Below, one piece after another: positions 34,826 through 43,665 of a stretch of DNA of 64,000 nucleotides. The notes below the pieces were generated by a model. It was given only the letters and a program-made list of their open reading frames with translations. It was not told the DNA's origin and did no database searches. Every line of letters starts with the position of its first letter. The first letter of the stretch is position 1. The DNA comes from an uncultured Microthrixaceae bacterium. GTDB lineage: Bacteria > Actinomycetota > Acidimicrobiia > Acidimicrobiales > VFJN01. Position numbers and translations under genes: made by a program. Location: contig CAVPEW010000018.1 of the NCBI GenBank assembly GCA_963703565.1, forward strand, positions 610 to 64,609. The letters run 5' to 3'.

Positions 34826-35260
34826 ATGTTCAGCTTGCTGCTGCTGCCGTTTCGTCTCACCACCGGCGCCGCCAAGGCCGGCTACCGGACAGGCCGGCTG
34901 CTGGGCTACCGGAGGATCTTCGTCTTCGGTACCGGTGTCGTCGCGGGCCTGTTGGTGGCGCCGATGCCGGGCCGCGCGCTGAGAGCCCGCCTGTCGCGCA
35001 TGGTCGACCAGGTTCGTCCCTCCGACGATGGCACCCTGGCCGAGCGAGTCCGCTTCGAGCTGTCGCACTCCCCGCGGACGTGGCACCTACCCCAACCCGC
35101 CGTCGAGGTGATCGCCGGCACCGCGGTGCTGCGCGGCGAGGTGCCCCACGCCGAGGGCCGAGCCGAGCTCGGTCGAGCGGCCGCCGCTGTTTCCGGCGTG
35201 GTTGGCGTCGACAACCTGGTGTCGGTCGCGTCGTTGGCGGAGGCCAACGGGAGCGTCTGA
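34826..35260 (+). CDS. BON domain-containing membrane-associated protein
   Basis: ATG at 34826 with GGAGA upstream. Hydrophobic N-terminus. The C-terminus VEVIAGTAVLRGEVPHAEGRAELGRAAAAVSGVVGVDNLV is BON-like. Confidence 0.6.
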   Translation: MFSLLLLPFRLTTGAAKAGYRTGRLLGYRRIFVFGTGVVAGLLVAPMPGRALRARLSRMVDQVRPSDDGTLAERVRFELSHSPRTWHLPQPAVEVIAGTAVLRGEVPHAEGRAELGRAAAAVSGVVGVDNLVSVASLAEANGSV

Positions 35261-35282
35261 GCTGACTGGCCGACGGCTCCGG

Positions 35283-35288
35283 TAGCAT
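35283..35288 (+). promoter_or_regulatory. -10-like box TAGCAT, 10 nt upstream of the ffh ATG (candidate leaderless start)
   Basis: gGTAGCAT-cgccgcccgc-ATG(35299). GCTGAC lies about 16 nt upstream as a possible -35. No SD is present. Confidence 0.45.
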
Positions 35289-35298
35289 CGCCGCCCGC

Positions 35299-36708
35299 AT
35301 GTTCGAGGCGCTCTCCGACCGGTTCGACGGGATCTTCAAGCGGCTGCGCGGACGGGGCAAGCTGCGAGAGGCCGACATCGAGGAGGTGCTGCGCGAGATC
35401 CGCGTCGCGCTGCTCGAGGCCGACGTCAACCTCACGGTCGTGCGCACCGTGCTCGGCCGCATCCGCGAGGCGGCCGCCGCCGCCGACCTGTCGGCCGTCC
35501 TCAACCCCGCCGAGCAGGTCGTCAAGATCGTCCACAACGAGCTCGTGCAGGCCCTGGGCGGCGAAGCGATCCGCGTCACCTACGCCTCGCGCCCTCCCAC
35601 CGTGGTGCTCATGGCTGGCCTGCAGGGCTCTGGCAAGACGACCAACGCGGCGAAGCTGGCCCGCTGGTTCAAGCAGCAGGGCCGCAACCCGGTCATGGTC
35701 GGCGCCGACCTCCAGAGACCGGCGGCGGTCGAGCAGCTGCGCACCCTGGGTGACCAGGTAGGCGTCCCGGTGTTCAGTCAGCCCGGCGACCCCGTCGACA
35801 CCGCCCGTGCGGGCCTCGACGAGGCGCGCCGGTTGGGGCGTGACGTGTGCATCGTCGACACCGCTGGCCGGCTGGCCATCGACGTCGAGTTGATGGACCA
35901 GGTCCGCCAGATCTCCGATGCCGTGGAGCCCGACTACACGTTCCTCGTCGTCGACGCCATGACCGGTCAGGACGCGGTCACCGTCGCCGAGTCCTTCAAC
36001 GAGGCTCTGGCTCTCGACGGGGTGATCCTGACCAAGCTCGACGGCGATGCCCGCGGTGGCGCCGCCCTGTCGGTCAAGGAGGTGGTGGGCAAGCCCATCG
36101 CCTTCGCCTCCACGGGGGAGAAGCTCGCCGACTTCGACCTGTTCCACCCGGACCGCCTCGCCGGGCGGATCCTGGGGATGGGCGACGTGCTGACCCTGAT
36201 CGAGAAGGCCGAGCAGGTCTACGAGACCGAGGAGGCCGAAGCGGCGGCGGCGAGGATGCTCGAGGGCCGCTTCACCCTCGAGGACTTCCTGGACCAGATG
36301 CAGCAGCTCAAGAAGATGGGTCCGCTGCAGAACCTCGTCGGCATGCTCCCGGGGATGCCCAGGGAGCTGCGCAACGCCGAGATCGGTGAGGACCAGCTCG
36401 CCCGGGTCGAGGCGATCATCCGTTCGATGACGCCCGCGGAACGGGCCGATCCCGACCGCATCGACGGCTCGCGGCGTGCCCGCATCGCTCGCGGCTCGGG
36501 GACCGACACCGCCGAGGTGTCCCAGCTGTGCAAGCAGTTCAAGGAGATGCAGAAGATGATGCAGCGCCTCCCCGGCTTCGCCGGTGGCAAGCGCGGCGGT
36601 TCGAAGGGCAAGGCCAAGAAGGGTCGCAAGGGCGGCGGTCGGGTCACCGCCCCCAAGGGTTCGGCGCCCGAGCCCAAGAGGCCCTTCACGCTGCCGGGCT
36701 TGCAGTGA
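35299..36708 (+). CDS. ffh: Signal recognition particle protein Ffh
   Basis: 469 aa: GLQGSGKTT, DTAGR, TKLDGDARGG, and a Met-rich M domain. Confidence 0.93.
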   Translation: MFEALSDRFDGIFKRLRGRGKLREADIEEVLREIRVALLEADVNLTVVRTVLGRIREAAAAADLSAVLNPAEQVVKIVHNELVQALGGEAIRVTYASRPPTVVLMAGLQGSGKTTNAAKLARWFKQQGRNPVMVGADLQRPAAVEQLRTLGDQVGVPVFSQPGDPVDTARAGLDEARRLGRDVCIVDTAGRLAIDVELMDQVRQISDAVEPDYTFLVVDAMTGQDAVTVAESFNEALALDGVILTKLDGDARGGAALSVKEVVGKPIAFASTGEKLADFDLFHPDRLAGRILGMGDVLTLIEKAEQVYETEEAEAAAARMLEGRFTLEDFLDQMQQLKKMGPLQNLVGMLPGMPRELRNAEIGEDQLARVEAIIRSMTPAERADPDRIDGSRRARIARGSGTDTAEVSQLCKQFKEMQKMMQRLPGFAGGKRGGSKGKAKKGRKGGGRVTAPKGSAPEPKRPFTLPGLQ

Positions 36709-36792
36709 CCGACCGACGTGGCGCACCATGGTCAGCCGCCCGGCTCCGTCTCAGGCCGCTGGTGCCGTGACGTCGACCGAGAGGACTCCAAC

Positions 36793-37071
36793 GTGGCCGT
36801 GAAGCTCCGCCTGATGCGGATGGGCAAGAAGAAGCAGCCGACATACCGCGTCGTGGCCGCCGACGCCCGGTCGCCTCGCGACGGACGCTTCATCGAGATC
36901 CTCGGTACCTACGACCCCCGCCAGGATCCTTCGGTGGTCCGGCTCGACGCCGGTCGGGCCCGGGAGTGGATCCGCAACGGAGCCCAGCCGACCGACACGG
37001 TCCGGCGCCTTCTCGAGATAGCGGAGTCCCAGCCGGCCGAGGCCGCCGCAGCGCTCGACACCGACTCGTGA
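36793..37071 (+). CDS. rpsP: 30S ribosomal protein S16
   Basis: [24 protein letters not shown]... GAGAGGA lies 7 nt upstream of GTG 36793. Confidence 0.9.
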   Translation: MAVKLRLMRMGKKKQPTYRVVAADARSPRDGRFIEILGTYDPRQDPSVVRLDAGRAREWIRNGAQPTDTVRRLLEIAESQPAEAAAALDTDS

Positions 37072-37361
37072 GCGAGCAGCAAGTGCCCGTCGAGGACGAC
37101 CCGGCGACCGAGGACGACCCGGCGCCCGTCGCCGCCGACGTGCTCGACGTCATCGTCGCTGCACTCGTCGACGATGCCGACGCCGTCCGGGTGGACGCCG
37201 CCGAGCGCCGTGGCCGAGTGCGTCTCGAGGTGCGGGTCGCGCCTGGCGAGATGGGCCGGGTGATCGGCAAGCGGGGACGCGTTGCTGCGGCTATCCGGAC
37301 CGTGGTGCGCGCCGCGGCGGTCAAGGACGGCGTCGAGGTCGACGTCGAGTTCGAGGACTGA
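37068..37361 (+). CDS. KH-domain RNA-binding protein (KhpA/YlqC-like)
   Basis: The GTG overlaps the rpsP stop. [20 protein letters not shown] is the KH GxxG motif. Confidence 0.8.
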   Translation: MSEQQVPVEDDPATEDDPAPVAADVLDVIVAALVDDADAVRVDAAERRGRVRLEVRVAPGEMGRVIGKRGRVAAAIRTVVRAAAVKDGVEVDVEFED

Positions 37362-37396
37362 CCGGGCGCTCTGCGTCCGCAGCCCGGGCTCGTCGC

Positions 37397-37873
37397 GTGG
37401 AGCTCGAGATCGGCCGCGTCGGCCGAGCCCACGGAGTGCGGGGAGAGGTGTCCGTAACTCTGCTCACCGATCGGGTGTCGCGCCTGGCCCCGGGCACGGA
37501 GCTCTCCAGCGAGCGTGGTTCGCTCCGGGTCGCCTCGGCCAGGCCGCACCAGCGCGGGTGGCTCGTGCGCTTCGAGGGCGTCGAGGACCGCGCCGCTGCC
37601 GAGGCCCTGCGGGGCACGGTGCTGCTAGCGGAGGCCGAACCCTCCGAAGCGGGTGAGCTGTGGGTCCACGAGGTGGTCGGAGTGCCCGTGGCCCTTGCCG
37701 ACGGCACCTCGATCGGGTCCGTGAACGCGGTCCAGGCGAACCCCGCTTCGGACCTGCTCGTGCTCGACGGAGGGGAGTTGGTTCCGGTGGCCTTCGTGGT
37801 CGACGAGCGACGCGACGGTGGGCGCCTGGTGGGCCTGGTGGTCGAGCTCCCCGAGGGTCTGCTCGATCTGTGA
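37397..37873 (+). CDS. rimM: Ribosome maturation factor RimM
   Basis: 158 aa: IGRVGRAHGVRGEV..., PRC barrel; position between rpsP and trmD. Confidence 0.88.
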   Translation: MELEIGRVGRAHGVRGEVSVTLLTDRVSRLAPGTELSSERGSLRVASARPHQRGWLVRFEGVEDRAAAEALRGTVLLAEAEPSEAGELWVHEVVGVPVALADGTSIGSVNAVQANPASDLLVLDGGELVPVAFVVDERRDGGRLVGLVVELPEGLLDL

Positions 37874-37927
37874 GCCGTGCGGGGGCGCTTGAGCGCTGCC
37901 GCGCGCTGTGCAAGCGTCCGCCGCGCT

Positions 37928-38686
37928 GTGCGCATCGATGTGTTCACCATCTTCCCCGACCTGGTCGAGGGCTTCGCACGAGAGAGCCTGCTCGGACGGG
38001 CGCGCCGGGCGGGGCTCATCGAGTTGGGGGTGCACGACCTGCGATCGGGGACCAGCGACGTCCACCGTTCGGTGGACGACTCTCCATTCGGGGGCGGGGC
38101 CGGGATGCTGCTGCGACCCGAGCCGATATTCACGGTGGTCGAGCGGGTGGCGCCTCCCCGCCCCCTGCTGTACCTGAGCCCAGCTGGGGAGCGCTTCGAC
38201 CAGTCCCTCGCCCGGCAGCTCGCGGCGGGGGAGGGCTTCAGCTTGCTCTGCGGACGCTACGAGGGCGTAGACGAGCGGGTGAGGCGGCATCTGGTCGACG
38301 GCGAGCTGTCCCTGGGCGACTTCGTGCTGGGTGGGGGCGAGGTCGCGGCGATGGCCGTGCTCGAGGCCGTCGGACGGTTGGTGCCGGGTGTGATGGGCAA
38401 CGAGGTCTCGGCCGAGGACGAGTCGTTCGCCGAGGGTCTGCTCGAGTATCCGCAATACACCCGGCCGGCCACCTTCAGGGGTTGGCAAGTGCCCGAGGTG
38501 CTGCGTTCGGGTGACCACGGGCGCATCGCCCGCTGGCGCCGGGCCCACGCCCTGGCGCGAACCCTGGCCGTCCGTCCCGATCTCGTGCAGGCTCGGGGCG
38601 GGCTCGACGACGACGACCTGGCCCTGCTGCGCTCCGAGGGCCTCGATCCCCCGCACCCCCCCGGAGCGGATCGCCCCTCCGCGTGA
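37928..38686 (+). CDS. trmD: tRNA (guanine37-N1)-methyltransferase TrmD
   Basis: VRIDVFTIFPDLV..., DDSPFGGGAGML, GRYEGVDERV. The GTG at 37928 is preferred by family N-terminus; the ORF track extends to GTG 37877. Confidence 0.9.
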   Translation: MRIDVFTIFPDLVEGFARESLLGRARRAGLIELGVHDLRSGTSDVHRSVDDSPFGGGAGMLLRPEPIFTVVERVAPPRPLLYLSPAGERFDQSLARQLAAGEGFSLLCGRYEGVDERVRRHLVDGELSLGDFVLGGGEVAAMAVLEAVGRLVPGVMGNEVSAEDESFAEGLLEYPQYTRPATFRGWQVPEVLRSGDHGRIARWRRAHALARTLAVRPDLVQARGGLDDDDLALLRSEGLDPPHPPGADRPSA

Positions 38687-38752
38687 GCGTTGGACCCTCT
38701 GGCGGGTCGCGCCTAACCTGCGCCGTTCCCCGCCCCAGCCCGGAGCTCCGCC

Positions 38753-39100
38753 ATGCGCCCCACCGACCTCGTCGACAAGAGCCGACTTCGAGCCGACCTC
38801 CCCGACTTCTCCCCCGGCGACACCCTCAAGGTGCACGTGCGGGTGGTGGAGGGCGCCAAGGAGCGGGTGCAGGTCTTCCAGGGCGTGGTGATCCGCCGCT
38901 CGGGTGGCGGTCTGCAGGAGACCTTCACCGTGCGCAAGGTCAGCTACGGGGTCGGCGTTGAGAGGACGTTCCCCCTGCACACGCCCTCGGTCGCTCGCAT
39001 TGAGCTGGTCACCCGGGGCGACGTGCGCCGGGCGAAGCTGTATTACCTGCGCGACCGGGTGGGGAAGGCCGCCAAGGTCAAGGAGAAGCGCGAGCGCTGA
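38753..39100 (+). CDS. rplS: 50S ribosomal protein L19
   Basis: 115 aa: ...[29 protein letters not shown]...; GGAG upstream; TAACCT box at 38714-38719. Confidence 0.92.
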   Translation: MRPTDLVDKSRLRADLPDFSPGDTLKVHVRVVEGAKERVQVFQGVVIRRSGGGLQETFTVRKVSYGVGVERTFPLHTPSVARIELVTRGDVRRAKLYYLRDRVGKAAKVKEKRER

Positions 39101-39153
39101 GCTCGTGCCGGCGCCCTCGTCGGATGTCGCTCCCCCGTGTCGCAGCACCGGCG

Positions 39154-39159
39154 TAGCCT
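39154..39159 (+). promoter_or_regulatory. -10-like box TAGCCT, 7 nt upstream of GTG 39167 (candidate leaderless start)
   Basis: TAGCCT-gggcgcc-GTG. This supports the shorter start that matches the DUF2469 family N-terminus. Confidence 0.45.
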
Positions 39160-39166
39160 GGGCGCC

Positions 39167-39460
39167 GTGTCTACCGAGGACCTGGAGCGCTACGAGGCCG
39201 AGATCGAGCTCCAGCTCTACCGGGAGTACAAGGACGTCGCACCGATGTTCACCTACGTGGTGGAGACCGAGCGGCGCTTCTACCTGGCCAACGAGGTCAA
39301 CCAGCAGGTGCACCACTCCGAGGGTCGCACCTACGTCGAGCTCGAGCTGCGCGACGCCTGGGTTTGGGACATGTACCGCACATCGCGGTTCGTGTCGCAC
39401 GTGTCGGTGGTGACGTTCAAGGACGTCAACGTCGAGGAGCTTCCCCGCAAGGACCTGTGA
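39167..39460 (+). CDS. DUF2469 family protein (conserved actinobacterial)
   Basis: STEDLERYEAEIELQLYREYKDV...YVVETERRFYLAN...DAWVWDMYR...TFKDVNVEEL. Confidence 0.85.
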   Translation: MSTEDLERYEAEIELQLYREYKDVAPMFTYVVETERRFYLANEVNQQVHHSEGRTYVELELRDAWVWDMYRTSRFVSHVSVVTFKDVNVEELPRKDL

Positions 39461-39807
39461 CCCCGGGCGCCCGTCGCCGCCAGACCGGGATCGCCGGGGA
39501 GCTGAAGGCGGCGCGGTGGTACGAGTCCCACGGCTACCGGGTGGTGGCCCGGAACTGGCGGTGCCGCCTGGGCGAGCTCGACCTGGTGGTGCAGCGCGGC
39601 GACCTGTTGGTCTTCGTCGAGGTGAAGTCCCGATCGGGCACCGGCTTCGGAGCTCCGGCCGAGGCGGTCGGCCCGGCCAAGCAGCGCCGGGTGAGGGCCC
39701 TGGCCGTGCAGTTCTTGCAGGAGCGCGGGTGGCGCGCCGCCGAGATCCGCTTCGACGTGGCCGCCGTGCTCGGTGCGCGCGTCGAAGTCGTCGAGCACGC
39801 CTTCTAG
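39457..39807 (+). CDS. YraN family endonuclease-like protein (UPF0102)
   Basis: The GTG overlaps the upstream stop (GTGA). GELKAARWYESHGYRVVARNWRCRLGELDLV...VFVEVKSR. Confidence 0.85.
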   Translation: MTPGARRRQTGIAGELKAARWYESHGYRVVARNWRCRLGELDLVVQRGDLLVFVEVKSRSGTGFGAPAEAVGPAKQRRVRALAVQFLQERGWRAAEIRFDVAAVLGARVEVVEHAF

Positions 39808-39829
39808 GCGCCGGATCCGGCTGAGCGCG

Positions 39830-39940
39830 TCAGCCCAGCAGCGCCCACAGCACCAGCAGGGCGCACACCACCAGCGCCGAGGCGACCAGCACGTAGTCGC
39901 CGTTCGAGGTGCGGTGCGGACGGAACGGGTTGAGACCCAT
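39830..39940 (-). CDS. Unlisted 36-aa single-TM peptide
   Basis: My own translation: MGLNPFRPHRTSNGDYVLVASALVVCALLVLWALLG*. GC3 is high. GAGAAT lies 6 nt upstream of the ATG (possible leaderless -10). It is below the ORF-track cut-off. Confidence 0.35.
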   Translation of the reverse strand: MGLNPFRPHRTSNGDYVLVASALVVCALLVLWALLG

Positions 39941-39987
39941 CGGCTGATTCTCGCGCCCCGGCCCTTCTCGCCGTCACCGGTCTCGCC

Positions 39988-39993
39988 TAGCAT
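39988..39993 (+). promoter_or_regulatory. -10-like box TAGCAT upstream of comM (leader about 55 nt, GGAGGA SD)
   Basis: cgccTAGCATccg, 61 nt before GTG 40055. Confidence 0.3.
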
Positions 39994-40054
39994 CCGAGCA
40001 GTCCTCGGTGGCTGCTGTGGCCCCTCCCGAACGCCTCGTACCACGGAGGACCTC

Positions 40055-41566
40055 GTGATCGCTGCCATCGCTTCGGCGTCCCTGCTCGGAGTGGACGGCC
40101 ATGCCGTCACCGTCGAGGCGCAGGTCAGTCCTGGCCTGCCGGGCGTGAGCATCGTCGGGCTGCCCGACGCAGCCTGCCGCGAAGCACGCGACCGGGTCCG
40201 CTCGGCGCTGGTGTCGTCGGGGTTGCCTTGGCCGCAGCGCAGGGCCACGGTGAACCTTGCCCCGCCCACCTTGCGCAAGCTGGGGTCCGGCCTCGATCTG
40301 CCCATCGCGGTGGCGCTGCTCGTGGCCATGGGGGAGCTGCCCGCTCCCGACGGTGTCGCCTTCATCGGCGAGCTGGGCCTCGACGGCACCCTGCGATCGG
40401 TGCCCGGCGTCGTGTGCCGGGTGGGGGCGGTGCGCACCCCGCTGGTCGTCGTGCCCGCCGAGCGCGGGAGCGAAGCTGCCGCCACCGGTCATGCGCGGGT
40501 CCTCGTGGCCCGAGATCTGGCCCAGGTGGTGCGCTGCCTGCGCGGCGAGCAGGCCTGGGAGCCGGTGCGCGAGGCACCTGCGCCACCCGGTCGGCCCTCC
40601 GGGCTCGACCTGGCAGACGTGCGGGGACAGCCGCTGGGTCGCCTGGCGCTGGAGGTCGCCGCAGCCGGGGGCCACCACCTGTTGCTCTCGGGTCCGCCCG
40701 GCGCCGGCAAGACGATGTTGGCGGCCCGGCTCCCGGGCATCCTGCCCGCCCTGTCGGCGGCCGAGGCCCTCGAGACGACCCGGATCCACTCCGCCGCCGG
40801 GCTCTCCCTGCCTGAGGGTGGTGTCGTTCGCCAGCCACCGTTCCGGGCGCCGCACCACGGCGCGTCGGCCCCGGCGCTGGTGGGTGGAGGCGGCCCAGCT
40901 CTGCGGCCGGGCGAGATCAGCCTGGCGACCAACGGCGTCCTGTTCCTCGACGAGCTGGGCGAGTTTCCCGCGGCAGTGCTCGACGCGCTGCGCCAGCCGC
41001 TCGAAGAGGGTGTGGTGAGGGTTGCACGTGCCGCGGCGACGGTGACCCTCCCCGCCCGCTTCCTGCTCGTGGGCGCCACCAATCCGTGCCCGTGCGGCCA
41101 GGGGAGCCGCCCCGGGGCGTGCTCGTGCCCTCCGGGCACGTTGGCCCGCTACCGCCGCCGGCTGTCGGGGCCGCTGCTCGATCGCTTCGACCTGAGGGTC
41201 GAGGTGCCGCGCCCACCCGTCGCCGATCTGCTGGGAGCTGGCACAGCCGAGGCATCCGCTGTGGTCTCGGCTCGGGTGGCCTCGGCTCGGGCGCTGGCCG
41301 CCGGGCGCGGCGTGGTCACCAACGCGGCCCTGACCTCCTCTCAGCTCGAGGCCACGGCCCCGCTCGACGCCGCCGCCGCGGCGGCCCTGCGGACCGCGCT
41401 GGGGCGTGGCCGGCTCTCCGCGCGGGGTCTGCACCGTGTGCGGCGGGTAGCGCGCACCATCGCAGACCTGGCCGGGCGCGAGGGTCCCCTGGGCGCCGAC
41501 GACGTCTCCCTGGCGCTCGCGCTGCGCGCGCCCACGCCCGCCGAGTCGCTCCCGGTGGCCGGGTGA
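40055..41566 (+). CDS. comM: YifB/ComM family Mg-chelatase-like AAA+ ATPase
   Basis: GTG at 40055 with GGAGGA upstream: GVDGHAVTVEAQVSPGLPGVSIVGLPD..., GPPGAGKT, FLDELGEF. Confidence 0.88.
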   Translation: MIAAIASASLLGVDGHAVTVEAQVSPGLPGVSIVGLPDAACREARDRVRSALVSSGLPWPQRRATVNLAPPTLRKLGSGLDLPIAVALLVAMGELPAPDGVAFIGELGLDGTLRSVPGVVCRVGAVRTPLVVVPAERGSEAAATGHARVLVARDLAQVVRCLRGEQAWEPVREAPAPPGRPSGLDLADVRGQPLGRLALEVAAAGGHHLLLSGPPGAGKTMLAARLPGILPALSAAEALETTRIHSAAGLSLPEGGVVRQPPFRAPHHGASAPALVGGGGPALRPGEISLATNGVLFLDELGEFPAAVLDALRQPLEEGVVRVARAAATVTLPARFLLVGATNPCPCGQGSRPGACSCPPGTLARYRRRLSGPLLDRFDLRVEVPRPPVADLLGAGTAEASAVVSARVASARALAAGRGVVTNAALTSSQLEATAPLDAAAAAALRTALGRGRLSARGLHRVRRVARTIADLAGREGPLGADDVSLALALRAPTPAESLPVAG

Positions 41567-42690
41567 TCGCGCCCGTCGACGACGCGGCAGCCGTGGCCCT
41601 CGCCGGCCTTCCGGGCATGGGACCGGCCCGACTCCGCTTCGTGCTCGAGGGCCGGTCCCCCTCGCAGGCGTGGGCGGCGGTCCGGACCGGTCTGCCATGC
41701 TGCGGCGCCGGCGACGACAGGGCCTTGGGGCCTGATCCGGCCGGGCTGCGCGCGGCGTGGCGTGGCGCCGCGTCCGGGGTCGATCCGATCGAGCTCTGGT
41801 CGCGTCATCGGTCGCTGGGGATCGGGGTGGTCCGCCGGGGCGAGCCCGGATATCCCGCTGCGCTGGCAGGCGACCCCGAGCCACCGTCGGTGCTGTTCTG
41901 GCTCGGCGAGCTGGGCGTGCTCGACGAGCGGGCGAGGGTCGCCGTCGTCGGGACGCGACGCTGTACACCCACGGGCGAGGCCGTCGCCCGGGAGATGGGC
42001 GGGTCGCTCGCAGCGGCCGGGGTGAGCGTGGTCTCGGGCCTGGCGCTGGGCATCGACGCCGCCGCGCACCGCGGTGCGCTCGGAGTGAGCGGCGCCACGC
42101 CCGTCGCGGTGGTGGGCAGCGGCCTCGACGTCGTGTACCCGAACGCCAACGCCTCGCTGTGGGCCCAGGTCGCCGAACGAGGCGTCGTGGTGTCGGAGGC
42201 CCCTGCGGGGGCCAGGCCGCTCCCGTGGCGGTTCCCGGCGCGCAACCGCATCATCGCCGGGCTATCGGCCGTTGTCGTGGTGGTCGAATCGCCGGCCGCT
42301 GGCGGGTCGTTGCACACCGCCGCCGAGGCCGCAGATCGGGGCATTCCGGTGCTGGCAGTGCCCGGCTCGGTGCGCAACCCGGCCTCGGCGGGCACGAACG
42401 ACCTGCTCCACGCCGGTGCCGGACCGGCCCGCGACGCTCTCGATGTTCTCGTCGCTCTCGGGCTGGAGGGCGGTGTCGACCCGGCGGCGACGGCCCGAGC
42501 GCCTCATGGCCCGACGCTCGACGCTGCCGCTCGCGCGGTGCTCGACGCGCTCGCCGGGGAGTCGGCGACCATCGACGACCTCGCGCTGCGCTGCACCTTG
42601 GCCCTGGCAGAGATCACCGGTGCTCTCGACCGCCTGGTCGACGCCGGAGTGGTGCACGTCGATGGTGCCTGGTACTGCCGTGTTCGGTGA
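41563..42690 (+). CDS. dprA: DNA-processing protein DprA
   Basis: The GTG overlaps the comM stop. VVGTRRCT..., SGLALGIDAAAHRGAL, FPARNRIIAGLS. Confidence 0.88.
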   Translation: MIAPVDDAAAVALAGLPGMGPARLRFVLEGRSPSQAWAAVRTGLPCCGAGDDRALGPDPAGLRAAWRGAASGVDPIELWSRHRSLGIGVVRRGEPGYPAALAGDPEPPSVLFWLGELGVLDERARVAVVGTRRCTPTGEAVAREMGGSLAAAGVSVVSGLALGIDAAAHRGALGVSGATPVAVVGSGLDVVYPNANASLWAQVAERGVVVSEAPAGARPLPWRFPARNRIIAGLSAVVVVVESPAAGGSLHTAAEAADRGIPVLAVPGSVRNPASAGTNDLLHAGAGPARDALDVLVALGLEGGVDPAATARAPHGPTLDAAARAVLDALAGESATIDDLALRCTLALAEITGALDRLVDAGVVHVDGAWYCRVR

Positions 42691-42719
42691 GGGTCGATCG
42701 CCGCGGGCCGCCCGGTGGC

Positions 42720-42725
42720 TACCGT
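42720..42725 (+). promoter_or_regulatory. -10-like box TACCGT, 7 nt upstream of ATG 42733 (candidate leaderless start of xerC)
   Basis: gcTACCGT-cggcccg-ATG. Confidence 0.45.
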
Positions 42726-42732
42726 CGGCCCG

Positions 42733-43633
42733 ATGGGCTGGTCGATCGACGAGTTCGTGGCGTCGCTCACGGCCTTGTCGGCCCGTACCGTGGTCGCGTA
42801 CCGCGGGGACATCGAAGCGTTCGTATCCTGGGCCGGCTCGGTCGGCGTCGCCGATCCGGTCGAAGTCGACCGCTCGCTGCTACGTCGCTACCTGGCCGAG
42901 CTGCACCGCGGCCGGCATGGCTCGGCGATCGATGGCTCGAAAGACCTCGACCCTGCGGCGCTACTTCGCCTGGGCCACGCGACGCGGCCTTGTGCCGGGA
43001 GACCCGACGGCGACGCTGTCCGTGTCTGCTGGCGCAGGCCGGCTGCCCCGGGTGCTGCACGCCGACGAGCTGGTCGGCCTGCTCGACGACCCTCGGCCCG
43101 ACGCTCGTGCCGACCCGGTATGGCGGGCCCGTGACGACGCCGTGCTCGAGGTGCTCTACGGCAGCGGCCTGCGGGTGGGTGAGCTCTGCGGGCTCCGTCT
43201 CGACGAGGTCGACCTGGGGCGCGCGCGCCTGGTCGTGCGGGGCAAGGGGGGCAAGTCCCGCCTGGTGCCGCTCAGCGCGCCGGCCGTTGCCGCGCTCGAT
43301 CGCTGGATGGGCTGGGCGAGGGCCAGGGTCCCCGCCCCGGACCGGCCGCTCGAGCCGTCCGACCAGGCGCTGGTCTTCCGCAATCGGCGGGGCCGACCCA
43401 TGTCGCCACGCGACGTGCGCCGCCTGCTCGACCGCCGCGCGCCCAACCCCACGCACCCGCACGCCCTACGGCACACGTTCGCCACGCACCTGCTCGACGG
43501 TGGTGCCGACCTGCGCGTGGTCCAGGAGCTGCTCGGTCACACCGACCTGTCGACGACCCAGCGGTACACTCACGTCAGCCGGGAGCGCCTCCGGGCCGTT
43601 TACGACGGCGCACACCCACGGGCGCGGGGATGA
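42733..43633 (+). pseudogene. xerC: Tyrosine recombinase XerC; frame interrupted by one extra base near 42912-42913 (probably an assembly indel)
   Basis: N-terminal frame: MGWSIDEFVASLTALSARTVVAYRGDIEAFVSW...LLRRYLAELHRG. It continues in the frame of ORF 42272..43633: GMARRSMARKTSTLRRYFAW...HALRHTFATHLL...LLGHTDLSTTQRYTHV. Confidence 0.85.
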
Positions 43634-43665
43634 TGTCGTGACCAATAACGCCGAGCCCGACCTCG

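Noticed and set aside
42733-43633. Tyrosine recombinase as a marker of an integrated mobile element or prophage
   Set aside because: It sits in the conserved dprA-xerC-whiG-rpsB context and has XerC-type motifs. There are no flanking phage or IS genes, no tRNA target and no direct repeats.
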